A DNA stretch of 64,000 bases from Gammaproteobacteria bacterium (GTDB lineage Bacteria > Pseudomonadota > Gammaproteobacteria > Natronospirales > REEB76), in assembly GCA_049591615.1 (NCBI GenBank), contig JBAWFD010000048.1:64213-128212 (forward strand), in the 5' to 3' direction. A model generated the notes under the pieces. That model was not told where the DNA came from. It worked only from the letters and a program-made list of their open reading frames with translations, and did no database searches. Each line of letters opens with the position of its first letter. Positions within the stretch are counted from its first letter, which is position 1. The translations under genes and the position numbers were made by a program. Below, one piece after another: positions 20,127 through 30,200 of this stretch.

Positions 20127-20429
20127 ATGAAAAGGTCAAGACGGAACCATACGGCGCTGTTCAAAGCGAAGGTGGCACTGGAAGCGCTGAAGGGCGAGCA
20201 GACGTTGGCGGAGCTCGCGCAGCGATTTGAGGTGCATCCGACCCAGATTGTGCAGTGGCGACAGCAGCTGCTGGAGCGTGCGACGGAAGTCTTTGAACGA
20301 CCGGGGGAGAAGCAGACGGGGCCGGATGTGACGGCGATGGAGCGCAAGATTGGGCAGCAGGCCCTGGAGCTGGATTTTTTACAGCGTGCGCTCGGTCGAA
20401 TGGGCGGACCGAGCGCCAAGAGCGGATAG
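20127..20429 (+). CDS. IS3-family transposase OrfA (HTH DNA-binding part)
   Basis: 100 aa. MKRSRRNHTALFKAKVALEALKGEQTLAELAQRFEVHPTQIVQWRQQLLE is a typical IS3/IS911-type OrfA with a leucine-zipper-like C-terminus. Confidence 0.9.
   Translation: MKRSRRNHTALFKAKVALEALKGEQTLAELAQRFEVHPTQIVQWRQQLLERATEVFERPGEKQTGPDVTAMERKIGQQALELDFLQRALGRMGGPSAKSG
20375..20416 (+). promoter_or_regulatory. Programmed -1 ribosomal frameshift signal (slippery heptamer + stem-loop)
   Basis: T TTT TTA at 20375-20381 in the orfA frame (D-F-L). A 6-nt spacer, then a perfect 10-bp stem GCGCTCGGTC (20388-20397) / GACCGAGCGC (20407-20416) with a 9-nt loop. The -1 frame reads on into orfB (..FFTACARSNGRTERQERIDRDHALPVVRQCELLG). 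Confidence 0.8.
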
Positions 20430-20452
20430 ACCGGGACCACGCCCTGCCGGTA

Positions 20453-21250
20453 GTGCGGCAATGTGAACTGCTGGGGATGGCACGTTCGACGGCGTATTAC
20501 CGGCCGGCGCCGGTGCCGGAAGCGGATCTCGCCCTGATGCGGTGCTTGGATGAGCTGCATCTGGAGTTGCCCTTCTACGGTAGTCGGCGGCTGGTCGATG
20601 CGTTGGCGGATCGCGGTCAGCCTGTCAATCGCAAGCGCGTGCAACGGCTGATGCGGCTCATGGGTATCGAGGCGCTGCAGGGGCGGCGCAATACCAGCCG
20701 GCCCCATCCTGGGCATGCGATCTATCCTTACTTGCTTCGCGGACTCGCCATTGATCGGCCCAACCAGGTGTGGTGTGCGGACGTGACCTACGTGCCGATG
20801 GCGCAGGGCTTCGCGTATCTGGTGGCGATCATGGACTGGTATTCGCGCAAGGTGCTCGCGTGGAAGCTTTCCAACACGCTCACCGCCGACTTCTGCGTGA
20901 CGGCGTTACAAGAGGCTTTGGCAAAGTATGGCACGCCCGAGATTTTCAACACCGACCAGGGCAGCCAATTCACCTGTCCGGACTTCACCGGTGTGCTCAA
21001 AGACCATGAGATTGCCATCAGCATGGACGGCCGCGGCCGCTGGCTGGACAACGTGTTTATCGAGCGGCTGTGGAAAAGCGTCAAGTACGAGGATATTTAC
21101 CTGAAAGCCTATGGCTCAATCCCCGAGGCCCGTGCAGGGCTGACACGCTACTTCGAGTTCTATGACCGGGTGAGAAGACACCAGTCACTTGACCGGAGAA
21201 CACCGGATGATGTCTATTACACATCGCTGCTGCTTGCCGTGGCAGCTTAA
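20453..21250 (+). CDS. IS3-family transposase OrfB (DDE integrase core), probably made as an OrfAB fusion
   Basis: 265 aa in the -1 frame relative to orfA. DDE triad contexts VWCADVTYV, IFNTDQGSQFT, DNVFIERLWKSVK. Confidence 0.92.
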   Translation: MRQCELLGMARSTAYYRPAPVPEADLALMRCLDELHLELPFYGSRRLVDALADRGQPVNRKRVQRLMRLMGIEALQGRRNTSRPHPGHAIYPYLLRGLAIDRPNQVWCADVTYVPMAQGFAYLVAIMDWYSRKVLAWKLSNTLTADFCVTALQEALAKYGTPEIFNTDQGSQFTCPDFTGVLKDHEIAISMDGRGRWLDNVFIERLWKSVKYEDIYLKAYGSIPEARAGLTRYFEFYDRVRRHQSLDRRTPDDVYYTSLLLAVAA

Positions 21251-21284
21251 CCTTGGAGCCGTCATCCACTTATGAACGGCAATT

Positions 21285-21312
21285 CACTGTCCAACCACCG
21301 GGGTCCACCGCA
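21285..21312 (-). repeat. IS right inverted repeat (IRR)
   Basis: CACTGTCCAACCACCGGGGTCCACCGCA, the reverse complement partner of IRL. Ends in CA. Confidence 0.85.
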
Positions 21313-21315
21313 TTA
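21313..21315. repeat. Target-site duplication (right copy, TTA)
   Basis: See the left copy at 20049-20051. Confidence 0.8.
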
Positions 21316-23150
21316 TTACCTCATGGAAGCTTTCGATCAGCCCTGGAAGCAACAGACCGAAGGCGCAGTGGGCGCCTATTGGGGTGTGTATAACGTGTAC
21401 CGTCAGCCAAAATTCACCTTTACTCAACCCATCGTTAGCATTCCTCACTGGCAATTTTTGGCGGGCCTCTCCGTGATTATTGCAGCCCTACTTTTGACAC
21501 TGCTTTATTGGGACAGTCGCACTCTCAAGAAACGTGGCCGGAGTTTTTTAGCGATCATCGTATACACAGTGACCACGGCCATCGTGTGGGTGATCTACGA
21601 CTACTCGCGCCAGTACCTGACGATCGCCAGCGTGGCCGTCGGGCTGCTGTTGTTCCTGGGCATGCTTGGCGTGATCCTGGTGCTGCTTGCCGAGGCTCAT
21701 GAGTGGGCCGAAGCGCACTGGATCACCATGCGCCGGCGCCTGTTTGAACCGATATGCATCGCCGACAATGCGTTGCCGCTGGTATCGATCCATATAGCGG
21801 CGTACAACGAGCCGCCAGAGATGCTCAATAAAACCCTGGATTCGCTGGCGGCATTGGAATATCCGCGCTTCGAAGTGCTGGTGATCGACAACAACACCTT
21901 GGATGAAGCGATATGGCAGCCGGTGAAAGCTCATTGCGCGCAACTTGGCGGACGTTTCCGATTTTTCCACGTAACTCCGCTGTCTGGCTTCAAGGCCGGG
22001 GCGCTGAATTTCGCTTTGCGACATACCTCACCGGACACCGAGGTCATCGCTGTCACCGACAGCGATTATCAGGTGGACCGTGAATGGCTCAAAGAACTGG
22101 TGCCGTTGTTCACCGACGGTAAGATTGCCGTAGTGCAGGCACCGCAAGATTATCGAGACGCTGGTATGAGCGTATTCAAAGCCATGTGTTATGCCGAGTA
22201 CCGGGGTTTCTTCTATATCGGCATGATCACCCGCAACGAGCGCAACGCCATCATCCAGCATGGCACCATGACCATGATACGCAAGAGGGTGCTGGAGAAT
22301 CTGCATGGCTGGGCTGAATGGTGCATCACTGAAGATGCAGAATTGGGTTTGCGAGTGTTCGCGGCCGGGCTTGAAGCCGCTTACATTCCACGCAGTTATG
22401 GTCGTGGACTCATGCCGGATACATTCCTTGATTACAAGAAACAGCGTTTTCGCTGGGCCTATGGCGCCATGCAGATCTTGCGCCATCACGCGCATATTCT
22501 GATAGGGCGTGACGGCTCGCTCACCCTAGGCCAGCGCTATCACTTCCTGGCGGGCTGGTTGCCGTGGCTGGCGGATGGGCTCAATCTGCTGTTCAATCTG
22601 AGCGCCTTGCTGTGGTCGCTGGCCATGATTAATTTTCCCCACAAGATCGATCCACCCATGCTGGCGGTATCGACATTACCGCTTGCGCTGTTTATTTTTA
22701 AGATCACCAAACTGGTGTACCTGTATAGAACACGCGTGGGCGCCAATATCCGCCAGACACTGGCGGCCGCGCTTGCCGGCTTGGCGCTCACACATACCAT
22801 CGGGCTTGCAACACTTAGCGGATTTATGACACGCAAACAGGCGTTTTTCCGCACACCCAAGCAAGTGCGCACTCATGGGCTAGTGCACGCGCTGACCGCA
22901 AGCCGCGAAGAAACCCTGATCATGTTGGGCCTGTGGCTAAGCGCACTCGCTGTATTCACCCAGGTAAATACCGGCATGCGTGATCTGATGGTCTGGGTGG
23001 TGGTGCTGCTGATCCAATCGACCCCCTACTGCGCTTCGCTGCTTCTGGCTTTGGTATCGGCATTGCCATCCCTGCCTGCCAAGATCATCGGTCGCGCTGA
23101 GGACATGGATGAGCTTGCGCAGTCGGTGCTCAGCGCAGAGAGCCTGGAGA

Positions 23151-24827
23151 TCAGAAATTGATGATGTTGCCGATCACGATCTCATGTCCGCTCACCCCAG
23201 GTGCACTCTTTAGGGGCCAGGCGACCGTGAAATAGAAGGTGTTGTCGAAGGCGCTGCGAATATTTCCGATGCGAAATCCCAGACCCACATCGCTATAGGT
23301 CGGACTCCACGTGGTCGGCGACAATTGATGGATCTGTGCCACGTCCACATAACCCACGAACCCCAGTTGGAACAGATTCAGGATCTGCACCGGCGTGACA
23401 ATCCGGTCTTCGAAGGTGGCCTGCCAACGGCGGTCGCCGATTGCATAATAATTGGGGTAACCACGCAGCCCCTGCAGACCGCCGATGTATAAATAACCCT
23501 CGGGATCCGGCCGTAATATGGAATCCCACTGCACATGCGCAACCAGTGTCTGCCAAGGAAAATACTGATTGTAGGAAGTCAAAGTTAAATTGCTCTGCAG
23601 GTTCTGGCTGACACCATCCTGTTGACGTCCATTCGCGGATGCGGATGCCAATAATAATGTGTTGCCGGGCAGCTCTGTACCCCAGGAAACTGAAAAACCA
23701 TAAAATGGTGCTGATACATTGCCACCGAAGCTCTCACCATAATGCCCGGCTTGTAGATCCAGTGTCCAACCCAGGTTGTAATCCTCGGCACGATCTATGT
23801 AGAGCATGTTGGTAAAACTTGCATACCGGTCCTGGAAATACTGCCAGGTCAGACCCGCGCCAGCGAGCTGGCGTGACGTTAACGTTGGCTCCGGCAATAA
23901 TCCAGGATTGTCCAACTGCAATGGTCCATAACCGTAATCGCTGTCGCTGTACAGCACACCGGCGCGCATGCCACCATCATCACTGGACCAATCGATGAGA
24001 TGCGCCCATGACACATAATGTTGTTGCAGGGTACTGGGTGCTGACCAGGCGAGCGTGCCCTGGTTGTAGAAATTGATGTTCTCCTCCTGATCGTAAAAAC
24101 TCGTCTGCACCGACCATGGTGTTTCGTCCTCGTAGAAAGGCTGGCCGATGCTCAGATACTTGATATGACCGTCGGACAGATTCTCGTAAGTGGCCGCCAG
24201 CTGCCAGTAACTGCCGAACAACGACGGATCAAGGTAACTGACCAGGTTGGCGCTACGCTGCGGATTGCTGGTATGTCCCACACTCAGGGCTTTGCCAGTG
24301 CCGAGGAAATTGGCGTCGGTGAGCTCGAACTGCAGGGTATTCTGCCCGCCGATATGGGCGAATGCGATATCCAGCTTCAAAGTCCAGGCATCCTTGACCT
24401 GAACGTTCACATCCACGCGGTGGTCGCTACAGCTCTCCGGACGAATGCTGGATTCGCGCAGATACAGCAGCGCATGCAGACGGCGCGCGCTCTCGTAGAT
24501 GATACGCGGATCTACCGGATCTCCTGGTTTGAACAGCAACTGCTCGCGGATTGCACGGGGGTGGGTTTTAATATGTAGTTGGTTGGCGAGGCGCGCATAC
24601 CAACTATTCTGTTCTGGATCATTCAAGTCGAATACATTATCCACGACGATGTGTACATCTCCGATACGGTAACCTTGTGCAGCCAGCTCATCCCACTCGG
24701 CCGTGCCGCGCCATTGATCTGCACCCGCGTTCGTTGGCACCGGACAAGTATCCGCATACACTCGCTGGCCCGCTAAGATGGCCAAAACAGTAACGAGGAT
24801 AATAATTCGGAAAATTTGTCTGGCCAT
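23151..24827 (-). CDS. Omp85-superfamily outer-membrane beta-barrel protein with POTRA-like N-terminal domain
   Basis: 558 aa. Signal peptide (IIILVTVLAILAGQRVYA) and a POTRA-like segment (IGDVHIVVDNVFDL...REQLLFKPGDPVDPRIIYESARRLHALLYL). The C-terminal barrel is rich in aromatic/Gly alternation and ends ...VIGNIINF. Its start abuts the GFA stop. Confidence 0.7.
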   Translation of the reverse strand: MARQIFRIIILVTVLAILAGQRVYADTCPVPTNAGADQWRGTAEWDELAAQGYRIGDVHIVVDNVFDLNDPEQNSWYARLANQLHIKTHPRAIREQLLFKPGDPVDPRIIYESARRLHALLYLRESSIRPESCSDHRVDVNVQVKDAWTLKLDIAFAHIGGQNTLQFELTDANFLGTGKALSVGHTSNPQRSANLVSYLDPSLFGSYWQLAATYENLSDGHIKYLSIGQPFYEDETPWSVQTSFYDQEENINFYNQGTLAWSAPSTLQQHYVSWAHLIDWSSDDGGMRAGVLYSDSDYGYGPLQLDNPGLLPEPTLTSRQLAGAGLTWQYFQDRYASFTNMLYIDRAEDYNLGWTLDLQAGHYGESFGGNVSAPFYGFSVSWGTELPGNTLLLASASANGRQQDGVSQNLQSNLTLTSYNQYFPWQTLVAHVQWDSILRPDPEGYLYIGGLQGLRGYPNYYAIGDRRWQATFEDRIVTPVQILNLFQLGFVGYVDVAQIHQLSPTTWSPTYSDVGLGFRIGNIRSAFDNTFYFTVAWPLKSAPGVSGHEIVIGNIINF

Positions 24828-25259
24828 TCAAGCTGACGTTCCAGTGAATACCGCAGGTGTCCACTGTTGCTTACGGCGCGTACGCCGCTGGTCAATGCTT
24901 TCGCCCTCGTAATCCACTGCCCGTGGTTGTCCCTGCAACTGTGCGCGCATGCCCAAGACATTTGAATTGAGGCTGGCGTAGAGTGTGCCATCGATCTGCA
25001 TCACTGCGGCCACGAATACACCACAGTTTGCGCAGATGAGGAAATCGGTAATGCCAAGCCCGAAACGATAATGGCGTATTTTTGTGGGGTCTTTCGTATT
25101 GATGCTCACGCGACCATTTGGATCCGTGGTGGTCACAGCCCCATGGGCGCGGCAGAAGGAGCAGCGGCAGGCACGCAGAGGCAGGTCCGCCTGTGTGAAA
25201 CCAGTTTCAAAACTGATTTGAAGGTTGCCGCAGTGACAGCGTCCTATGAGCGTTGTCAT
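24828..25259 (-). CDS. GFA (glutathione-dependent formaldehyde-activating / CENP-V-like) zinc-binding family protein
   Basis: 143 aa. GRCHCGNLQ...ACRCSFCRAHG...ICANCG cysteine pattern typical of the GFA fold. Confidence 0.7.
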   Translation of the reverse strand: MTTLIGRCHCGNLQISFETGFTQADLPLRACRCSFCRAHGAVTTTDPNGRVSINTKDPTKIRHYRFGLGITDFLICANCGVFVAAVMQIDGTLYASLNSNVLGMRAQLQGQPRAVDYEGESIDQRRTRRKQQWTPAVFTGTSA

Positions 25260-25276
25260 GTTGATTATGTATTATT

Positions 25277-25675
25277 TCAAATCACGGCCACGATGATGCC
25301 CATCAGGCAAAAGCCGACGAGGTAATATCCGCTGTTTATAACAAACAGCTTGGTACTCTTGCGTTCGAAAAGCGTGTTCATTCCAACAACTGCCGATGCC
25401 AGCACGCCGCACAGGAATCCCACCGCCAAACCATGGAGCCAATCATGGCCTGGAAGCCAGCTTGCCAAGATGCAGGCAAGGATCGAGGCGCACGCCAGCA
25501 AAAGTACCAATAGCGCGATAGAAAAGCGCAGCATGCTCTTGGCTGTGGGCTTGTGTTCCGTGATGCCGGTTTCGCGGGACCAGGCCCGTGCGAACAACAT
25601 GGGCGAATACCAGATGCCACCGATGGCAAACATGATTACAGCGGCGACTACGATCCCAATAATCCGTATGCCCAT
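25277..25675 (-). CDS. DUF1761-like small membrane protein
   Basis: 132 aa, 4 TM helices. N-terminal GGIWYSPMLFARAW motif typical of the family. A second paralogue lies at 43922-44326. Confidence 0.6.
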   Translation of the reverse strand: MGIRIIGIVVAAVIMFAIGGIWYSPMLFARAWSRETGITEHKPTAKSMLRFSIALLVLLLACASILACILASWLPGHDWLHGLAVGFLCGVLASAVVGMNTLFERKSTKLFVINSGYYLVGFCLMGIIVAVI

Positions 25676-25800
25676 GGGATACTCCTGAAACCTTAGGATA
25701 CCGGACCGACCGGTAATTGATTCAATATACCGGGTCGCAAAGCTTACCGCAGCTGGTTGGGGAGGTGACGCAAACCACGGGCTGTGGCAGGCTGCGCATC

Positions 25801-27138
25801 ATGACTGACAACTCGAATAACGCACCGCGGCAATTGCCGCGCAAGCTCGGCGCCTGGACAGGTGCCGCAGTTGTCGTCGGCGTCATCATCGGCAGTGGCA
25901 TCTACAAGGTACCTTCACCCATAGCCGCCGACACCGGCAGTCTCACAGGGGTAGCTCTGGTTTGGGTACTGGGTGGGCTCATATCGCTGTTCGGTGCGCT
26001 ATCTGTGGCGGAACTCGCGGCCATGTTCCCGGATGCGGGCGGGCCCTATGTCTACCTACGCCAGGCATTCGGTCCGGCTCTTGCTTTCATGTTCGGCTGG
26101 ATGTGGCTCCTGACCACCCCCAATTCCTGGGCCGCCCAGGCCATCACATTCGCCGACTATTTCGGCTCCACAGTTGCGTTCACTCATCTCGAGAAAAAAC
26201 TCTTGGCGGCGGCGCTCATCACGGTACTCTCGGCGGTGAGTTACTGCTCCTTAAGTCTGGGCGCGTGGGTACAGAACCTGTCCACCGGCGCCAAGTTATT
26301 AGCGCTCATCGGTCTTGCCGTAGCGCTGTTCAGTTTCGCACCGCACCCTGCCGCGAGCCTTGCAGGCGTGACCTCGGGTCACATCATGTGGTCGGGCGTG
26401 GCTGTGGCACTAGTGGCTGCGCTCTGGGCCTACGATGGCTGGGTCAACATCACGCCACTTTCGGGGGAGATGAAAGATCCGCAGCGCACCCTTCCCAGAG
26501 CCCTCATCGGTGGTACCTTGGTGACGCTTGCCGTGTATCTCGTAATGAACATGGCGTTCGCAGTCGCGTTACCCTTCGACGTCCTGGCGTCGTCAAAGGC
26601 GGTGGCCAGCGATGCGGTGACCGCAGTGCTCGGCCAGGGCGCAGCGGTGGTTATTGTAGTGCTGGTGATGGTCTCCACCTTTGGCTCCATGAACGGCAGT
26701 ATCCTCTCGGACCCTCGGGTCTTCTACGCTATGGCGCAGGACGGGCTGTTCTTCAAATCCGTGGGCAAGGTCCATCCACGCTTCCAGACACCTCACGTGG
26801 CCATTGTCTTCAGTTGGGCCTTGGCGATGGTCTTTTTGATGTTCCGGGACTTCCTGGATCTGGCCGAGGCCTACGTACTCGGTATCTGGCCGTTTCTGGC
26901 GCTGGCTGTTATCGGTCTATTTGTCTTACGTCGCCGTCGACCGGAACTTGCACGGCCATACAAAGTGCTGGGTTATCCAGTGATCCCCCTGTTATTCGTG
27001 CTTGGCACACTGCTTGTGGTGGGCTACTCACTCTACGCAAACCCGAAGTCCACCGGCGTAAGTCTCGGCATCACCCTCATCGGGTTGCCACTGTATTTCA
27101 TCTGGACCTTCTATCAACGGCGCGCAAAAAAACTGTGA
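25801..27138 (+). CDS. APC-superfamily amino-acid permease
   Basis: About 445 aa from MTDNSNNAPRQLPRKLGAWTG. About 12 TM helices. GSGIYKVPS and ELAAMFPDAGGPYVY motifs. The ORF is open from 25717. Confidence 0.85.
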   Translation: MTDNSNNAPRQLPRKLGAWTGAAVVVGVIIGSGIYKVPSPIAADTGSLTGVALVWVLGGLISLFGALSVAELAAMFPDAGGPYVYLRQAFGPALAFMFGWMWLLTTPNSWAAQAITFADYFGSTVAFTHLEKKLLAAALITVLSAVSYCSLSLGAWVQNLSTGAKLLALIGLAVALFSFAPHPAASLAGVTSGHIMWSGVAVALVAALWAYDGWVNITPLSGEMKDPQRTLPRALIGGTLVTLAVYLVMNMAFAVALPFDVLASSKAVASDAVTAVLGQGAAVVIVVLVMVSTFGSMNGSILSDPRVFYAMAQDGLFFKSVGKVHPRFQTPHVAIVFSWALAMVFLMFRDFLDLAEAYVLGIWPFLALAVIGLFVLRRRRPELARPYKVLGYPVIPLLFVLGTLLVVGYSLYANPKSTGVSLGITLIGLPLYFIWTFYQRRAKKL

Positions 27139-27233
27139 GCGAGCACTCATCATTGATTTGAACTTCAGTTTTTCGGCGTCTTTAACTCATAGCTATCCTA
27201 ATGGGTAGATTATTTCCCGCCATCATTACCGCG

Positions 27234-30200
27234 CTATTGTGGGGGTAATTGTGGCGATTCGTAGACCACAGGTTTACCCACCAGCAGTGTGGGAGTTCCG
27301 GCCGCATAAGCGCCCTTGTTGAAAGCGGGGATATCCTGATGCAGCAGTTGATTGAACTGCCCCATATAGTTTTCCAGTCGCGCCTGTAACTCCGCAACCT
27401 TGCTCTTGAAAGGTGCACTCGGTACCTGAGCATAGCCGCCGAGGAAAAATTCGTTCCATTGCAACTCCCCGTGGAAATGCGGCAGGTCCTTGAGGAAATC
27501 CTCATCCACATCGTGCTGAAAGTCCGGATCCCATAAGATATTTTTCAAGGCGCTAATCTTGTCATTCAGCTTACCGGCTGCGGCCAATATCGACACGTCG
27601 GTCTTTTCCTGGCCGGCTTGTTTGAGTGTCTCACCCATACCGTTGAGCTGGCTCTGCCAAGCATTGAGCCGGTTCAACATGTCGTTCAGGGCGCTCATTT
27701 GGTTGCGCATGGTCAAGGCCATCAACAACTGCTCACGGTAGTCCGTAAGACTGACATTTACATTCGGATCCAGCCGTACTGCTACAGTCTGTTTCTGCGT
27801 GTGCCCATCGGCAGTTAAAGTTGCCGTGTAACTGCCTGGCAGAACTTGTGGCCCGCCACGCTCCTGTTCGCCGCCTGCGCCCTTGATGAAATCAATGGCC
27901 GTGGGGCCAGCATAATCCATATCCCACACGAACTGATTCAAGCCGGCTTTTCCAGGGGCATGCAATGTATTAACGGTATGTCCCTGGGCATCCGTGATTA
28001 CGATCGCCACCGGACCCTTTTTGTGGTGTTTATCTTTGTCTTTGATCTCCGCTTTCAGGTAATAGCTGAATTCCACACCCTCTGGCGCATTCGGAGCCGA
28101 GTAACTCCACTGCTGACCTTCATCGGTTGACCAATGATTAAACAGCGTGCCCGGCTGGGGGCTGAACAGATGCAAATCACTATTGCTGATTGAGTCGTTC
28201 CATTCCTCCAGCGGCCGTAGGTTGTCCAATACGAACAGACCGCGCCCATGGGTAGCCACCGCCAGTGAATGGGTGTCGGGTACAAACTGCAGATCAAATA
28301 CGGGAACCGTGGGGAAATCACCCTTGAGCACATGCCACTGGTCGCCGTTGTTGGTTGAATAATAAAGTCCGGTCATAGTGCCGGCGATCAGCAGGCCCTT
28401 CTGGTTGGGGTCTTCGCGCACCACCAGCACCGGTGTGTGCTCGGGCAGACCATCGGTTATCCGGGTCCAGCTGCGCCCGAAGTTCGCGGTGCGGTAAACA
28501 TAGGCCCGATCGTCGTTGACCATATGCGCATCGAAACTCACATAGGCAGTGCCGGCATCAAACGGTGAGACTCCGACCTGATACACACGCGCCCACTGGG
28601 GCGCTCCTTTTGGTGTGACGTTATCCCAGTGCGCTCCGCCATCGCGGGTAAGCTGCACCAGGCCGTCGTCGGTACCCACCCATATCACCTGATCGGGCGC
28701 GCTGGGCGCCAGTGTGATGGACAGCAACGTGTCGTAATTCTCGGCGCTACTCACATCGTGATACACCGGACCACCGGGGATCTGCTGCTTGCTTTTGTCG
28801 TTGCGTGTCAGGTCCGGGCTGATGACCTGCCAGTTATCCCCGCCATCGGTGGATTTAAACAAAACATTGGCACCGAGATACACGGTGTTGGCATCGGTGG
28901 GCGAGACGGCAATCGGCGAGGTCCAATTGAAGCGGTATTCGGATTCCGCCAAGGTTTTCGAGGTATTCTGCAGTCCATAGGAGGTGGTGGGCCGAATCAT
29001 CTTCGAGAGATGCGTGCGCGCATCGTAGCGATCGGTATAACCGTCTTCCAGATCGGCGTAGATAATGTGTGGGTCGCTGGGTGCGATGACCGCATATTCA
29101 CCATCACCGCCGACCGTCGTGAACCAGTTCTTGCCGGTCACGCCCCTCTGGTTGAGGGTACTGCTGGGCCCGCACCAGGCGCTGTTGTCCTGCAGTCCAA
29201 GGCAGGCATTGAAGGGTGACTGGTTATCCACCGACACCATGTAGGCCTGCTCGATCGGCAGGGTATCCAAGAATCGCCAGTTCTTGCCACCGTTGACGCT
29301 CAGATACACGCCGCCGTCGTTACCTTGAATAATGCGTTGCGGATTCTGCGGGTCGATCCATACAGCGTGATGGTCCACATGCACGCCCTTATCGATGGGA
29401 TGCGCGGTCTTGCCACCGTCATCCGATTCCATCAACTCCAGGGAAGTGAAATACACCTTGTTGTCATCATCCGGAGCCACCTGCATGCCGGCGAAGTACC
29501 ATTGGCGTACCGCCAGCGCATGGTTGTCGCTGACCATAGTCCAGTCATCACCGAGATTGCTGGACGACCACAAGGTGCCATGTTTGGTGGGAATCAGGGC
29601 GTAGATGTGCTCCGGATTGCTGGGTGCCATGGCGAGCGTGATGCGGCCGGTATCCCCAGTGGGCAAACCTTTATCGAGTTTTTGCCAGCTGCTACCGCCA
29701 TCGGTGGACCGCCATACCCCGCCAGTAGCGCTACCGTTGACCAAGGTCCAGGGATAACGGCGGACAGTCCACATGCCGGCGAACAGTACTTGCGGGTTAT
29801 CCGGCTGCATGACGATGCTGGAGGCGCCGGTGCTGTCGTCCACAAATAGAACTTTCTGCCAGGTCTTGCCGCCGTCGGTGGTGCGGAACACGCCACGTTC
29901 TGGATTGTTGCCCCAGGGATTTCCCAATGCGGCTACGAACACGATGTCAGGATTTTTTGGATCGATCACGATGGCGGAGATCTGGCCGGCTTGTTTGAGG
30001 CCTTTGAATTCCCAGGTCTTACCGGCATCCGGCGAGTAGTACACGCCGGCACCGGTGATGGTGTCGTTACGCACATTGGCCTCGCCGGTACCCACCCACA
30101 CCAGGTTAGTGTTGGAGGCTGCCACAGCGATGGCGCCGATGGAGGCGCTGTCAGCGTGCGCGAATACCGCTTTCCAGGTATCACCCCCGTCAGTGCTCTT

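Larger units (their letters stand above)
20052..21312 (+). mobile_element. IS3-family insertion sequence, 1261 bp, apparently intact
   Basis: TG...CA termini, imperfect 28-bp inverted repeats, two ORFs in 0/-1 frames with a slippery site and hairpin, a DDE transposase, and a 3-bp TSD. It lies inside an otherwise continuous ORF. Confidence 0.92.
19264..23161 (+). pseudogene. NdvB-type bifunctional GH17 glucanosyltransferase / processive GT2 beta-glucan synthase gene, interrupted by an IS3-family element
   Basis: The 5' fragment 19264-20051 is a GH17-like domain (VRVIIGNEAV, IVIAEVGWPS) that ends 10 IS-encoded codons later. The 3' fragment 21316-23161 is a multi-TM GT2 (HIAAYNEPP, VTDSDY, QRFRW at 22442-22456). 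Deleting the IS plus one TTA restores one frame: ...AAQHWTY-YLMEAFDQPWKQQTEG... Confidence 0.85.
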
